This document shows positions 37,353 to 48,115 of a stretch of DNA of 64,000 nucleotides, one piece after another. Below the pieces are notes generated by a model. It was not told the DNA's origin. It ran no database searches and saw only the letters and a program-made list of their open reading frames with translations. Source of the stretch: Actinomycetota bacterium (GTDB taxonomy: Bacteria > Actinomycetota > Actinomycetes > S36-B12 > UBA5976); contig RFTJ01000003.1 of NCBI GenBank assembly GCA_009923495.1, forward strand, positions 1,236 to 65,235, read 5' to 3'. The position numbers and the translations under genes are program-made. How positions within the stretch are numbered: the first letter of the stretch is position 1; each line of letters begins with the position of its first letter.

Positions 37353-39062
37353 TTACTGAGTTGAGAGAGTTGCATACGGCCAAGAGTCATAGGCTGCCCA
37401 TAGGTATGCCCCTTGGACTTTTGCACCAACCAATCTTTGTTGCAAATTTAAAGTAACCGGAACCACTAGGCCTAAATCAACCGCTTTGCTATTGAGCGAC
37501 TTCCAGCCCTTTGCTTGATCTCCACGGTCTGAACTAGCGGCTACGTTAGCGAAAGTTTCAAGCCACGATTTTTCCGTGTAATGGGACAAATCAAAGCCGC
37601 CGCCGCCAACTAAATCAGGTAAAACTGTTGAAGCATTTGGCCAATCTGCGGTCCACTCAAAGGGCGTGATTCCGCCTTGAATCTTCAGATTCAATACATT
37701 TTGGTAATAGCCAGTTGCTGAAACACCGCGCGGCTTAACTACGATTCCTGCTTTAGCCAAGGCCGAGACTACAGCTGCAACATTTCGGTCAGCGGCTGGC
37801 GATTTCACATAGTCCAAGATCAGCGGGTTCGGAAACTTAACTCTAGATTTAGTGATTAGTTGCTTGGCCAGTGCTGGATTTCCAGTTGGAGCAATCGCTT
37901 CGCCAAGAAGTCCAGTCCATAGATTTGTTGATGCGAAATCCTTCGCTAGCGAAGGGCTAAGTAATCCATCAGCGTAATCTCCCGAATATAACCCGCCAGC
38001 ATTTTTACGAATTCCTTCTCGGGGGAAAGCAGCCTGAATCGCCTTTCGATGTAACTCGTTTGGCACTTTTAGTGTGTTTATCGCATAGTAACTAACGGAG
38101 CCAGATGGTCCATTGAATCTGCGCTTCGCAAACTGCTGGTCACTGAAGATCTCACCAACTTTTGAAGACAAAATTGGCTCCGCGGAAACTGCATATGCAT
38201 CTGCACCTGCTGATTTCATCAATCGAGTTGCAATCACATTGCGTGGCACTGAAAATTCATATTCGATGCGGTCTGGAAATGCGCTGCGGATGCTATCGGT
38301 AAGCGGGTCCCAATTTGGATTACGCACCAGGACTAGCTTTGATTTTTTCACATAGGACTTAATCTGGTATGGCCCAGTTGACTGAACGGCAAAATCATAT
38401 TTAGCGCGCTTATCCCGCGCTTTGGGAACAGGAGCAAATGCACTCAGGCTAACAATGTAGTTGAAATCAAGTGAAGGGTTCGCAAGATTAAAAGTAATTT
38501 TATTTCCATCGCAGGCAACAGCTTTATCGAATAGTCGCTGGCCAGCGGCATCTTTCACATAGGGTCCGCGATACTTGGAGGTACCTTCCTTGGTGATCGG
38601 AATATCCAACATTGCGACTGCATAATACGGACCGCCAGTAATGACATTGGTGGCAAACGAACGAGATACCCCATATTTCACATCAGCACAGGTGACTACT
38701 GAACCGTCCTGCCATTTGATGCCGTCGCGGATCGTGAAAGTCCAACTCTTTGCATCCTGAGAATGAACACCTAAATCTGTTCCTAGGTCTGCTACCAACT
38801 CACCTGCTTTGGCCGCATCTGGAGTTACCCGATATTGAGTGAGCGTACGAGTCAAAAATCCACTGGCAAAAGCCAGGTCTTCGCGAGAATAGTTGCGCTG
38901 GGGATCGAGGTGATTGATGTGGCTTGTGCTGGAAAGGATTCGTAATGTGCCGCCTTTTGTGCCTTGGACCAATTGTTGACTGCGTCCACAAGAGCTCAGC
39001 ACACTAACAGCAATTAAAAATGCCAGAATCGCACAGAATCTTTTAGAGATAGCTACTTTCAT
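37353..39062 (-). CDS. family-5 (peptide/nickel-type) solute-binding lipoprotein, LpqW-like
   Basis: Lipobox LSSCG after a signal peptide and a family-5 SBP pattern (WTFTIRDGIKWQDGS). Start ATG 39062 lies 5 nt after GGAGG. No permease or ATPase genes nearby. Confidence 0.7.
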   Translation of the reverse strand: MKVAISKRFCAILAFLIAVSVLSSCGRSQQLVQGTKGGTLRILSSTSHINHLDPQRNYSREDLAFASGFLTRTLTQYRVTPDAAKAGELVADLGTDLGVHSQDAKSWTFTIRDGIKWQDGSVVTCADVKYGVSRSFATNVITGGPYYAVAMLDIPITKEGTSKYRGPYVKDAAGQRLFDKAVACDGNKITFNLANPSLDFNYIVSLSAFAPVPKARDKRAKYDFAVQSTGPYQIKSYVKKSKLVLVRNPNWDPLTDSIRSAFPDRIEYEFSVPRNVIATRLMKSAGADAYAVSAEPILSSKVGEIFSDQQFAKRRFNGPSGSVSYYAINTLKVPNELHRKAIQAAFPREGIRKNAGGLYSGDYADGLLSPSLAKDFASTNLWTGLLGEAIAPTGNPALAKQLITKSRVKFPNPLILDYVKSPAADRNVAAVVSALAKAGIVVKPRGVSATGYYQNVLNLKIQGGITPFEWTADWPNASTVLPDLVGGGGFDLSHYTEKSWLETFANVAASSDRGDQAKGWKSLNSKAVDLGLVVPVTLNLQQRLVGAKVQGAYLWAAYDSWPYATLSTQ

Positions 39063-39075
39063 GATTACCTCCAAT

Positions 39076-39099
39076 AAATAGCCTAGCGGTTGGCTATTT
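39076..39099 (-). terminator. intercistronic hairpin between the two SBP genes (weak terminator/attenuator candidate)
   Basis: AAATAGCC (39076-39083) / GGCTATTT (39092-39099), a perfect 8-bp stem with an 8-nt loop. U-rich 3' side on both strands. Confidence 0.3.
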
Positions 39100-39131
39100 T
39101 GCTTCAGTAAGTCGTGTCAGTCTGGGCAGAA

Positions 39132-40907
39132 TTACTTTTTTGCTGTCTTGACTAAACCGACATTCACAATGTCGTACTGACCCCCAAGTGCTTGCTGCAC
39201 ATAAACCCCGGCAATCTGTGGACTGCGATAGAGCAGGAATTTGTCGTAAGTGATTGGCAAATAAGTGGCATTTTCCATGACTTGATCATTTATCTGTCCA
39301 CTTAATGTTCTGGCATCCTTATTTCCTGTTGCTATGTCATCTAGTGCAGCATTAATCTGCTCATCGCTAAGTCCAGCCAAATTTTCATTGTCGTAAGGCT
39401 TTGTAAATCGACCATCTACAAAACTGGACCAGTAATCAAGTGGGCTGTTTATCATTGACTGCGCTCCACTAATAACAAGTGCAATGCCCTCATTGGTCAA
39501 CTGCTCGTCGCTTCGGGTCACCGAAACAAATTTCGAGTAATTATCAAATTTCTTCGGCGCCAGGACTATCCCAACACGCGCCAAACTTGATTGCACTTTT
39601 CGAAAAATCTCGGTCCCAATCCCGATATTCAGATACGCCATCGATACTTCGAAGCCCTCGGGATAACCACACTTTTTTAGTGCCGCCTCCGCTGCAATCA
39701 GGTCGCCTGTCGGCTTGCTACCGCTGTTGTATGAGTCAGAACTGGCATCATAACCAGCTACTAGCGGCGGTAATAGCGAAGTGGCGATCTGTGCCTTAGT
39801 TTCTCCACCTTTAACGCGCTGAATTGCTTCCTTATCTATTGCATAAAAGATTGCTTGACGGCAGGAGATGCGATTTAGCGGGGCTGATTTTGATCTAACT
39901 GCGAGAAAGCTCGTAAACCCGGTGTATGGCTGGTCAATTTGCGCTCCATATTTTTTGCTGGCGGCCGCCAAATCTGCGTTAGCAAATTGAAAATCTTCAC
40001 CGATTCGTACATCTATCTGATTTCGCAACGTTGCCTTAGTCAACAATTTTGAATCGGAAATCACCCGCCACTTAATGGTCTTTACATGTGGGGCACGGAT
40101 GGCATCTGATGCCTGAGTCCAATATTTATTGCGAGTAAATGCTGCGCGCTGGCGCTTCGCATCTAGCTTTAAGACAAACGGTCCGCTCGAGCTCGGCAAA
40201 TTTCGATACGCCTGCTTTTTCCGCTTCAAATATAAATCTCTTGACATTTCAACCACGGAAAATTGGGGCAAGGCCAGTACTCGGTCGAAGTTCGGATTTG
40301 GGCTTGTGAGCTTGAACGTTATTGTGTCTTTGGTTGTAGTCCGAATCGAGTAAAGATGCTTTTCACCCCTCATTCCTGGCCCTTGATAGGACGGCACGCC
40401 TTTGGGACAGGAACTTAACAAGCACAAGTAGTTGAAGTTAACGGCGCCAATATGCTCTGGCGAAAAAAGTCGTTCTATTGAGTAGCGAATGTCAGCTACA
40501 GTCACTGGCTTTCCACTATTCCAAAAAGCATTCTTTCGAATCTGAAAAGTCCATATTGCTTTACTTGAATGTACTCTCGGGGTGGCTGCCGCCAAGTCGG
40601 GCTGAGTTTCAAACCCGGCCAACCCAGGCTTGCTGCTGAATGACATTACATTTCGGGAATAGAGTCGAAAAACAACTGCACACCAGGCATCAAAGCTCTC
40701 GGCGGGATCAAAAGAATCACAGAGTTGACTAGAGCCTAGGACTAAATTGCCACCATCCTCGGCTACCTTGCCCACAATAGTTACCAAAGCTGAATTCTGT
40801 TTGGGTTCAACCACACTTGTCGGAATTGAGCCAGCTAGGAGCACAATGCCAAGTATCACCACGACCAATACGCCGAGGCCACGATTGGGCGACACTTTTA
40901 GCCTCAC
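39132..40907 (-). CDS. family-5 solute-binding protein paralogue, membrane-anchored (no lipobox Cys)
   Basis: N-terminal TM segment without a Cys. Family-5 SBP pattern ([16 protein letters not shown]). GTG start overlaps the typA stop as GTGA. Confidence 0.7.
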   Translation of the reverse strand: MRLKVSPNRGLGVLVVVILGIVLLAGSIPTSVVEPKQNSALVTIVGKVAEDGGNLVLGSSQLCDSFDPAESFDAWCAVVFRLYSRNVMSFSSKPGLAGFETQPDLAAATPRVHSSKAIWTFQIRKNAFWNSGKPVTVADIRYSIERLFSPEHIGAVNFNYLCLLSSCPKGVPSYQGPGMRGEKHLYSIRTTTKDTITFKLTSPNPNFDRVLALPQFSVVEMSRDLYLKRKKQAYRNLPSSSGPFVLKLDAKRQRAAFTRNKYWTQASDAIRAPHVKTIKWRVISDSKLLTKATLRNQIDVRIGEDFQFANADLAAASKKYGAQIDQPYTGFTSFLAVRSKSAPLNRISCRQAIFYAIDKEAIQRVKGGETKAQIATSLLPPLVAGYDASSDSYNSGSKPTGDLIAAEAALKKCGYPEGFEVSMAYLNIGIGTEIFRKVQSSLARVGIVLAPKKFDNYSKFVSVTRSDEQLTNEGIALVISGAQSMINSPLDYWSSFVDGRFTKPYDNENLAGLSDEQINAALDDIATGNKDARTLSGQINDQVMENATYLPITYDKFLLYRSPQIAGVYVQQALGGQYDIVNVGLVKTAKK

Positions 40908-42778
40908 GAATTTTGTGTCTTCGCCTTCGCCCGAGCCCGATCACGATCAGTCTTAGTGAGCAGAACTTTTCTGATGCGCACGTGACTTGGGGTGACTTCT
41001 ACACATTCGTCTTCGCGACAAAACTCTAAAGCTTGTTCCAGACTTAACTGCTTGGCTGGAATTAGTCTTTCTAATTCATCTCCGGTAGATGAACGTACGT
41101 TGGTTAACTTCTTTTCGCGCACAACATTTACATCCATGTCATCAGATCTGGCATTTTCGCCGACAACCATGCCTTCATAAACCTCGGTTGTCGGGGTGAC
41201 AAATAGCGTTCCACGCTCTTGCAAGCCAAAACAGGCATAGGCAGTCACAGCGCCACGGCGATCTGCGACTAGCGAGCCCGTTGGCCTAGTTCTAAGCTCG
41301 CCAAACCAGGCTTCGTATTTCTCAAATACGTGATGCAGTAGGCCAGTGCCCCGCGTCTCGGTTAGAAATTCAGTTCGAAAGCCAATTAAGCCTCGTGCTG
41401 GAACTAAATACTCCATTCGCACCCAGCCGGTGCCGTGGTTGATCATTTGCTCCAAGCGACCTTTACGCAAACCCAGCAGTTGAGTAACAACTCCTACATA
41501 GTCCTCGGGTACATCAATCGTTAGGCGTTCCACTGGCTCGTGAAGTTTGCCGTTTATCTCTCTCGTAACGACCTGTGGCTTACCGACTGTTAGCTCATAT
41601 TTCTCTCGGCGCATGAGCTCCACAAGTATCGCCAGTTGCAGTTCGCCGCGGCCCTGAACTTCCCAAGTATCTGGTCGTTCAGTGTCTAGTACTCGTAGCG
41701 AGACATTTCCGATAAGTTCAGCATCGAGTCGAGTCTTAAGCAATCGAGCAGTAACTTTACTGCCAGTTTCACCAGAAAGCGGCGAAGTGTTGATTCCGAT
41801 TGTCATGGAGATTGACGGCTCGTCCACTGTGATTATCGGCAGCGGAATTGGATTCTCAGGATCGGCTAAGGTTTCGCCAATTGTTATGTTTTCCATACCT
41901 GCAACAGCAATGATGTCGCCTGGACCAGCACTTTGGGCAGAAACTCGCGTTAATGCTTCAGTCATGAGTAGTTCTACAACTTTCACTCGCTCAATGGTCC
42001 CATCAGATTTACACCAAGCGACTTGCTGTCCTTTTTTTATGTTGCCATTGTGAACCCGACAGAGGGCCAAGCGACCAAGATATGGCGAGGAGTCCAGGTT
42101 CGTAACATGGGCTTGTAACGGGGCTTCTGGATTGTAGGTTGGAGCGGGAACTGTTTCAATCAAGGTTCTAAACAATGGCTCTAGGTTTTCTTCCTCAGGC
42201 ATCGCCCCATCTTCAGGCCGAGCCAGAGAAGCGCGTCCTGCTTTTGCTGACGCATAAACAATTGGAAAGTTAATTTGCTCTTCGGTTGCATCCAAGTCAA
42301 AAAATAGTTCGTAAGTCTCATCGACTACTTCAGCGATTCGTGCGTCACTTCGATCAACCTTGTTGATCACTAAAACTACGGGGAGTTTCTTGGCCAAGGC
42401 TTTGCGCAAAACAAATCGGGTTTGCGGTAGGGGTCCTTCGCTGGCATCTACTAGTAGTAGCACGCCATCTACCATTTCCAGGCCGCGCTCAACCTCGCCA
42501 CCAAAATCTGCGTGACCGGGAGTATCAATGATGTTAAGTGTTACCCCAGTCGGTGCCGCTGGCCCGTTGTACCGGACAGCGGTGTTTTTGGCCAGGATAG
42601 TGATTCCCTTTTCCCGCTCAAGATCCATGGAATCCATAACCCGATCAGTCACATCTTGGTGGGCCGAAAAAGCGCCCGATTGCCAAAGCATGGCATCAAC
42701 TAGCGTTGTTTTTCCATGGTCAACGTGAGCGATGATGGCAACATTACGAAGGTCGGAGCGCGAGGCGGTTTGGGTCAC
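40904..42778 (-). CDS. typA: translational GTPase TypA/BipA
   Basis: [17 protein letters not shown] and NKVD G-motifs, plus EF-G-like domains. Confidence 0.92.
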   Translation of the reverse strand: MTQTASRSDLRNVAIIAHVDHGKTTLVDAMLWQSGAFSAHQDVTDRVMDSMDLEREKGITILAKNTAVRYNGPAAPTGVTLNIIDTPGHADFGGEVERGLEMVDGVLLLVDASEGPLPQTRFVLRKALAKKLPVVLVINKVDRSDARIAEVVDETYELFFDLDATEEQINFPIVYASAKAGRASLARPEDGAMPEEENLEPLFRTLIETVPAPTYNPEAPLQAHVTNLDSSPYLGRLALCRVHNGNIKKGQQVAWCKSDGTIERVKVVELLMTEALTRVSAQSAGPGDIIAVAGMENITIGETLADPENPIPLPIITVDEPSISMTIGINTSPLSGETGSKVTARLLKTRLDAELIGNVSLRVLDTERPDTWEVQGRGELQLAILVELMRREKYELTVGKPQVVTREINGKLHEPVERLTIDVPEDYVGVVTQLLGLRKGRLEQMINHGTGWVRMEYLVPARGLIGFRTEFLTETRGTGLLHHVFEKYEAWFGELRTRPTGSLVADRRGAVTAYACFGLQERGTLFVTPTTEVYEGMVVGENARSDDMDVNVVREKKLTNVRSSTGDELERLIPAKQLSLEQALEFCREDECVEVTPSHVRIRKVLLTKTDRDRARAKAKTQNS

Positions 42779-42860
42779 CGTCCCAAGTCTAATTCATTCT
42801 GCGCTTTCTACTGACCAGAACATTGGTCGGCTGGTTTTTCGGCGACTTAATTGAGAAAAC

Positions 42861-43400
42861 TTAACGAGTGAAAAAGCGTTCGCGGACAAAATCCTTCTGC
42901 ACACTGCCTCCGAGGATAAAATCGCTCTCGCCGACTATTTCAAAGCCCCACTTTTGATAGAACTTATTTGCCCGCTCATTTTGCTTATTTACCGTTAGCC
43001 ATAGTGAAGACCAACCCAATTCATGAACGAGTTCAAAAGAACGCTGCATTAGCTGCTGGGCGATACCCTGTCCATGCCAATTAGGATGAACATAAAAGCG
43101 ACTTAACTTAACTGCACTGGAAACTGATGTTAAGGATGCAGCAATTTCCGCACTCTCGGTTTCCGCGAAGATTAACAGGGCGAAACCCAAAAGTTCTGAG
43201 CCATCGCAGGCAACGATTACTGCCGATTTCTCATCTGCGATAGAACTCTTGAAATTTTCTGCAGAGCAAAGTCGGGCCAAGTGAACTTGGATATCGGACT
43301 TAGCAACATCGGGAGGGCAAGCGAGTGGAAAGGTCTGAGCCATTAAGTTTTGCAAGGCAAATGCATCATCGATAGATGCATACCTAATCCGAGAAGTCAC
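42861..43400 (-). CDS. GNAT family N-acetyltransferase
   Basis: Acetyl-CoA motif region HPNWHGQGIAQQLM and a C-terminal FYQKWGF. Confidence 0.7.
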   Translation of the reverse strand: MTSRIRYASIDDAFALQNLMAQTFPLACPPDVAKSDIQVHLARLCSAENFKSSIADEKSAVIVACDGSELLGFALLIFAETESAEIAASLTSVSSAVKLSRFYVHPNWHGQGIAQQLMQRSFELVHELGWSSLWLTVNKQNERANKFYQKWGFEIVGESDFILGGSVQKDFVRERFFTR

Positions 43401-43423
43401 GAGATTAGATATACCAATAAATG

Positions 43424-44497
43424 TCAGACATTGAATCGAAATTCAACAACATCTCCGTCAGACATCACATATTCCTTGCCTTCCATCCGCACTTTTCCCC
43501 GAGATTTGGCCTCTGAAACTGAGCCGGCCTCTACCAAATCCGCAAAACTGACGATTTCGGCTTTAATGAATCCCTTTTGGAAGTCGGTGTGAATTACCCC
43601 AGCCGCTTCAGGAGCAGTAGCCCCGCGGCGGATAGTCCAAGCTCGGGCTTCTTTTGGCCCGGCGGTTAAATAAGTCTGCAAACCCAAGGTTTCGAAACCT
43701 ACGCGAGAAAGAACAGCAATACCGCTTTGCGCCTGTCCAACGGTTTGTAAAAGTTCCAACGCTTCTGCTTCGTCTAATTCCGTTAGATCAGCTTCCAATT
43801 TTGCATTTAAGAAAACTGCCTCAGCCGGGGCTACCAATTTAGAAAGCGATTGCTTCAAACTGAGGTCGGTCATTTCATCATCATCTAAATTAAATACGTA
43901 AAGAAATGGTTTCGCTGTCAACAAAAAAAGTTCACGGATCGGAGTCGAGTCCAATCCCGAAGCAAAAATTGTTTGTCCAGTATTCAAAATCTCGGCTGCT
44001 TTTTCTGCAGTCTCCAAAACTGCGGCTCGAGCTTTATCCTGCTTTGCTTCCTTGGACAATCTCGGAATAGCCTTTTCCAGCGTTTGTAGATCAGCCAAGA
44101 TAAGTTCAGTATTAATCGTTTCGATATCGTCCGCAGGGGAAACTTTTCCATCGACATGAATAACGTCTGGATCTGAGAACGCTCGGATTACTTGGCAGAT
44201 TGCATCTGACTCGCGGATGTTCGCTAAGAACTTGTTGCCAAGCCCTTCGCCTTCGCTTGCGCCACGGACAATTCCTGCAATATCAACGAATGTAACTGTT
44301 GCAGGCAAAATCTCTTGCGAGCTAAAAATCTTTGCCAAAACATCAAGTCGACTATCTGGAACGGCAACGACCCCAGTGTTGGGCTCGATGGTTGCGAACG
44401 GGTAATTTGCGGCCAAAACATTATTGCGTGTGAGTGCGTTAAATAGCGTTGATTTCCCGACATTTGGTAAGCCGACAATTCCGATTGTTAAACCCAT
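43424..44497 (-). CDS. ychF: redox-regulated ATPase YchF
   Basis: GIVGLPNVGKSTLFNA P-loop and a C-terminal TGS-like domain. Start set to ATG 44497 (MGLTIGIVG), giving about 357 aa. Confidence 0.9.
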   Translation of the reverse strand: MGLTIGIVGLPNVGKSTLFNALTRNNVLAANYPFATIEPNTGVVAVPDSRLDVLAKIFSSQEILPATVTFVDIAGIVRGASEGEGLGNKFLANIRESDAICQVIRAFSDPDVIHVDGKVSPADDIETINTELILADLQTLEKAIPRLSKEAKQDKARAAVLETAEKAAEILNTGQTIFASGLDSTPIRELFLLTAKPFLYVFNLDDDEMTDLSLKQSLSKLVAPAEAVFLNAKLEADLTELDEAEALELLQTVGQAQSGIAVLSRVGFETLGLQTYLTAGPKEARAWTIRRGATAPEAAGVIHTDFQKGFIKAEIVSFADLVEAGSVSEAKSRGKVRMEGKEYVMSDGDVVEFRFNV

Positions 44498-44565
44498 AAA
44501 CCCAAGCGTAGTCGCCACAACTTGCGATTGCTCATGCATAGGTCTGAGCACTTTGGTACTACCGT

Positions 44566-44976
44566 ATGAGTATGGCGATTAATGAAGAGTTGGCCCAGGA
44601 GGATGACTCCCAGTCTGGCTTACGGTTTGGCTTAGCAATATTGCTAACTACGATTTGGGTAACTTTGGCTATGGCATTCAATATCGCATTTAATCACCGG
44701 ATTGGAATAGTTGCGGATGTAACTTTGGTGGCTAGCAGCCTGCTGATCTCACTGAAGATTAATCAGAAGGATTTTCTGGCAAGTTACTGTGCGCCGGCGA
44801 TTGCCTGGTTAGTCTCGTTAATAACCGTAGGCCAGTTTGCAACAAATGCTGGCGGATCATGGAAAGTGCAACAGGTTTTCTTGTTGGTCTATGGGCTTGG
44901 ATCGCACTTCTTGTGGATTCTAGCCGCCACAATTATTGCTGTGCTAACTCACTATTTTCGCGGGCGAACAGATTAG
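44566..44976 (+). CDS. hypothetical integral membrane protein (4 TM)
   Basis: 136 aa and strongly hydrophobic. No recognised family. Confidence 0.4.
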   Translation: MSMAINEELAQEDDSQSGLRFGLAILLTTIWVTLAMAFNIAFNHRIGIVADVTLVASSLLISLKINQKDFLASYCAPAIAWLVSLITVGQFATNAGGSWKVQQVFLLVYGLGSHFLWILAATIIAVLTHYFRGRTD

Positions 44977-45944
44977 GCTTTCGCTGCTTTAATGTCTCGA
45001 CGCAATTCTCGCGGCAAAGAAAACATCAAATGCTCGTCCGCTGTAGTTACTTCTTCGACATCTGCAAATCCATGATTCGCCAGCCAGACTAAAACATCAT
45101 CTACCAACAGTTCTGGTACCGAAGCGCCACTTGTTAGTCCAACAGTAGAAACTCCAGCAAGCCACTCCTCGTGAATCTCGCTGGCGAAATCAATTCGATA
45201 AGCCTGCGCTGTGCCGTTTTCCAATGCCACGTCAACAAGGCGAACGGTATTAGATGAGTTTGCAGAACCTACCACCAGCATCAAGTCACATTTTTTGGCG
45301 ATTTCCTTGACGGCAACCTGGCGATTTTGAGTTGCGTAGCAAATGTCATCACTAGGCGGATCAATTAGCTGCGGGAATCGCTCGCGCAATCTAGCAACCG
45401 CAGTAAGTGTCTCGTCAACCGACAAAGTGGTTTGGGACAGCCAGGCTACTGGGCGATCTGGATCAATTTCTACAGTTTCAACTTGATCAAGGCCATCAAC
45501 CAAGGTTATGTTGCCTACGGCTTCACCCATAGTGCCTTCAACTTCTTCATGACCTTCATGACCAATGAGCAGGATCTGATAATCCTCGTTGCCAAATCTT
45601 CTAGCTTCGGCGTGGACTTTGGTCACCAGCGGGCAGGTTGCGTCAATCGTTTTGAGGTTTCGAGTCTGTGCCTCTTCATGCACACTTGGTGCGACACCGT
45701 GAGCGCTGAAAACAACGGTTGCACCTTCGGGCACTTCATCGGTTTCATCAACGAAGATTGCTCCGCGCTCTTCAAGAGCGGAAACTACGTGCTTGTTGTG
45801 CACAATCTGCTTTCGCACATAAATTGGTGAGCCGTAAAGTTCTAGGGCTTGTTTGACAGTTTCAACAGCTCGGTCGACGCCAGCGCAATAACCACGAGGT
45901 TTGGCCAATAGAATTTTTTTGCTCACACACCTATCGTAAGCCAC
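44973..45944 (-). CDS. ispH: 4-hydroxy-3-methylbut-2-enyl diphosphate reductase
   Basis: [20 protein letters not shown] and SSNT signatures. Confidence 0.9.
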   Translation of the reverse strand: MAYDRCVSKKILLAKPRGYCAGVDRAVETVKQALELYGSPIYVRKQIVHNKHVVSALEERGAIFVDETDEVPEGATVVFSAHGVAPSVHEEAQTRNLKTIDATCPLVTKVHAEARRFGNEDYQILLIGHEGHEEVEGTMGEAVGNITLVDGLDQVETVEIDPDRPVAWLSQTTLSVDETLTAVARLRERFPQLIDPPSDDICYATQNRQVAVKEIAKKCDLMLVVGSANSSNTVRLVDVALENGTAQAYRIDFASEIHEEWLAGVSTVGLTSGASVPELLVDDVLVWLANHGFADVEEVTTADEHLMFSLPRELRRDIKAAKA

Positions 45945-45971
45945 AGTTAAATATCACGCTCACAAGGCAGA

Positions 45972-47207
45972 ATGGAACCTGTGACTGTTGTAGATCCTGC
46001 TCTGCCAGGAAAAGACCCGCAAACTCCAGTGCCGGTATCTGGACTCAGTGCCATGATGGCTGATTACGTTGGTCGCTTGGGCACTATCTGGGTTGAGGGT
46101 CAAATCGCAGAACTAAGTACGAGGGGCGGATTGTCGTTTGTCAGTCTTCGCGATGTGGACAGTGACGCAACCATCAAATTATTCACTTGGGAGCGAGCCA
46201 CACTGGATGTTAGTCCCCCGATTGAACAGGGATCCAGGGTTATTGCTCAGGTTAAAGCCGATTGGTGGAAGAACAAGGGAACTTTGCAGTTCAAGATTTT
46301 GCAAATACGCGCGGTTGGAATTGGTGAACTGCTAGCTCGGCTTGAGGCACTCCGAAATGTTTTGGCTGCTGAAGGATTGTTTGCCGAAGAACGCAAAAAG
46401 CCAATTCCATTTTTGCCCAGGAGAATCGGATTAATTTGTGGCAAAAACAGTGATGCGAAACATGACGTAATCGAAAACACGAGGCGAAGGTGGCCAGAGG
46501 CTGAATTTGAAGTTCGGGAAGTAAAAGTGCAAGGTGCCACTGCGGTAAGGGAAGTATGCCAAGCGCTGACCGAACTAGATGCTATCTCTGACATAGATGT
46601 AATTGTCATTGCGCGCGGCGGCGGAAGCTTTGAAGACCTCTTGCCGTTTAGTGACGAATCGCTAATTCGAACAATTTCAGCGGCCCAAAGTCCAATTGTC
46701 GTAGCAATTGGCCATGAGGAGGATCGGCCGCTTGTTGATTATGTTGCTGACTATCGAGCCTCAACACCAACCGATGCGGCCAATAAAATCGTGCCTGATT
46801 TAATGGAGGAGATTGCGTTTGTCATTGCTGCTCGAAATCAGCTAGCTAGCAGCACGATGACCAAAATTTCCAGGTTGGGTCAAGAACTGGCACAGGTAAA
46901 AGCAAAGCCGGCATTAGCAAACCCCTCAGTCTTAATTGACCAGCGCATAACGGCTAACTCGGCAACTCGAAATCAGTTACAAAGCAAAGTGTTTACTAAA
47001 GTGCAACTCGGTGTAGCTGAGCTAAAAGGAATCACGGGCACACTTCGGGCACTCTCGCCCCAAGGAACTCTAGATCGTGGCTATGCAATTGCCCGCAACG
47101 CAAAGCAACAGGTAATTAAATCAACGAATCAAATTTCGGAAGATGAAACAATTACCGTCAAAGTTGCCGATGGCTTATTAACTGTTCAAGTAATCCGTAC
47201 GGATTAA
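45972..47207 (+). CDS. xseA: exodeoxyribonuclease VII large subunit
   Basis: OB-fold N-terminus (VWVEGQIAELS), central ARGGGS..DL, and a coiled C-terminus. Confidence 0.85.
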   Translation: MEPVTVVDPALPGKDPQTPVPVSGLSAMMADYVGRLGTIWVEGQIAELSTRGGLSFVSLRDVDSDATIKLFTWERATLDVSPPIEQGSRVIAQVKADWWKNKGTLQFKILQIRAVGIGELLARLEALRNVLAAEGLFAEERKKPIPFLPRRIGLICGKNSDAKHDVIENTRRRWPEAEFEVREVKVQGATAVREVCQALTELDAISDIDVIVIARGGGSFEDLLPFSDESLIRTISAAQSPIVVAIGHEEDRPLVDYVADYRASTPTDAANKIVPDLMEEIAFVIAARNQLASSTMTKISRLGQELAQVKAKPALANPSVLIDQRITANSATRNQLQSKVFTKVQLGVAELKGITGTLRALSPQGTLDRGYAIARNAKQQVIKSTNQISEDETITVKVADGLLTVQVIRTD

Positions 47208-47234
47208 ATAGCACAGTTGATTCAGTCGATTGAC

Positions 47235-47444
47235 TTATTCGGAAGTCAACTCAGGGCGAAGCGCCACTAAACGGGCGCGTGCACTCTGTAAATGCTTTTC
47301 GCATACGGCTGCTAACTTCTCGCCCTGCTCCCATAGAGTAACCATCTCATCAAGTGGCAAATCCTTATTTTCAATCTTTGCCACAACTTCATCTAACGCC
47401 GCCTTTGCCTGCTCGTAAGACAGGTTGGCAAAGTCTTCAGTCAT
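47235..47444 (-). CDS. xseB: exodeoxyribonuclease VII small subunit
   Basis: 69 aa. LSYEQAKAALDEVVAKIE...LPLDEMVTLWEQGEKLAAVCEKHL is the canonical XseB pattern. It lies on the strand opposite to xseA. Confidence 0.8.
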   Translation of the reverse strand: MTEDFANLSYEQAKAALDEVVAKIENKDLPLDEMVTLWEQGEKLAAVCEKHLQSARARLVALRPELTSE

Positions 47445-47481
47445 AATGCAATCGTAGTCTGCAAACCTGACCAGAGAGGCT

Positions 47482-48027
47482 TTAGGACTTCCTTAGTCCA
47501 GCCGCGAAATTGATTAGGTTTGGAAAGGACTCGGTTCCTGATACAACCAATACCGTGTCGCCATCCTTGCGAAAAATAACTCGGGACAACGGCTTAGCCT
47601 GACTGCATTTTTGCCACAGTTTGCCGGCAATTTGCACCGACCCGATACATTGCCCTTCATTACTGGCGGTTGCAACAATCTGTTCGATTTGACCATCACT
47701 TTGCCACAGTGAGATGTACCTATTCTCGGCAGTTCGATAACCCAGATACCAACGCGTGTCTGTGGAGTTTCCATAAGACTCCGCCTCATACCGAGCTTGG
47801 GTTAACTTAAATTTTGTTGGGCTATTAAGAATTTCGACACTTGGAATAAAAACTGGCCAATTGCTTTGTGCCTGTGCCGCCGAAAGTGCCGAAGTGAAAT
47901 TCGCTTCAGGCAATGTTTGGTCGTGCTTACGAAAGGTGATTGTCAGGATAACTAGGACGGTTAAAAGCACCGCTCCCATACTGAAAACCATATCGCGTGC
48001 AGTTTCTCGGCCCCGCTTTTTTGCCAT
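47482..48027 (-). CDS. DUF4245 family membrane-anchored protein
   Basis: N-terminal RETARDMVFSMGAVLL plus one TM helix. Usual neighbour of xseAB in Actinobacteria. Confidence 0.6.
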   Translation of the reverse strand: MAKKRGRETARDMVFSMGAVLLTVLVILTITFRKHDQTLPEANFTSALSAAQAQSNWPVFIPSVEILNSPTKFKLTQARYEAESYGNSTDTRWYLGYRTAENRYISLWQSDGQIEQIVATASNEGQCIGSVQIAGKLWQKCSQAKPLSRVIFRKDGDTVLVVSGTESFPNLINFAAGLRKS

Positions 48028-48115
48028 GCTCTTATCTTGCCCTGTTTACTTGCACTTTGCTTTTCTGGCGCTTGGGCAAACCGCTAATCGCGATGTTCGG
48101 GCGTAGGCTTAAGGC

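Noticed and set aside
42813-42839. Hairpin (GACCA/TGGTC or ACCAG/CTGGT) followed by T5 on the plus strand between the GNAT gene and typA
   Set aside because: The stem is only 5 bp, and there is no plus-strand gene upstream to terminate. It is in the wrong orientation for the minus-strand genes.
47231-47248. Small hairpin TGACTT/AAGTCA at the xseA/xseB junction as an inversion-site repeat or terminator
   Set aside because: The stem is 6 bp with no U-run. No matching repeat occurs at the other end of the putative inverted segment.
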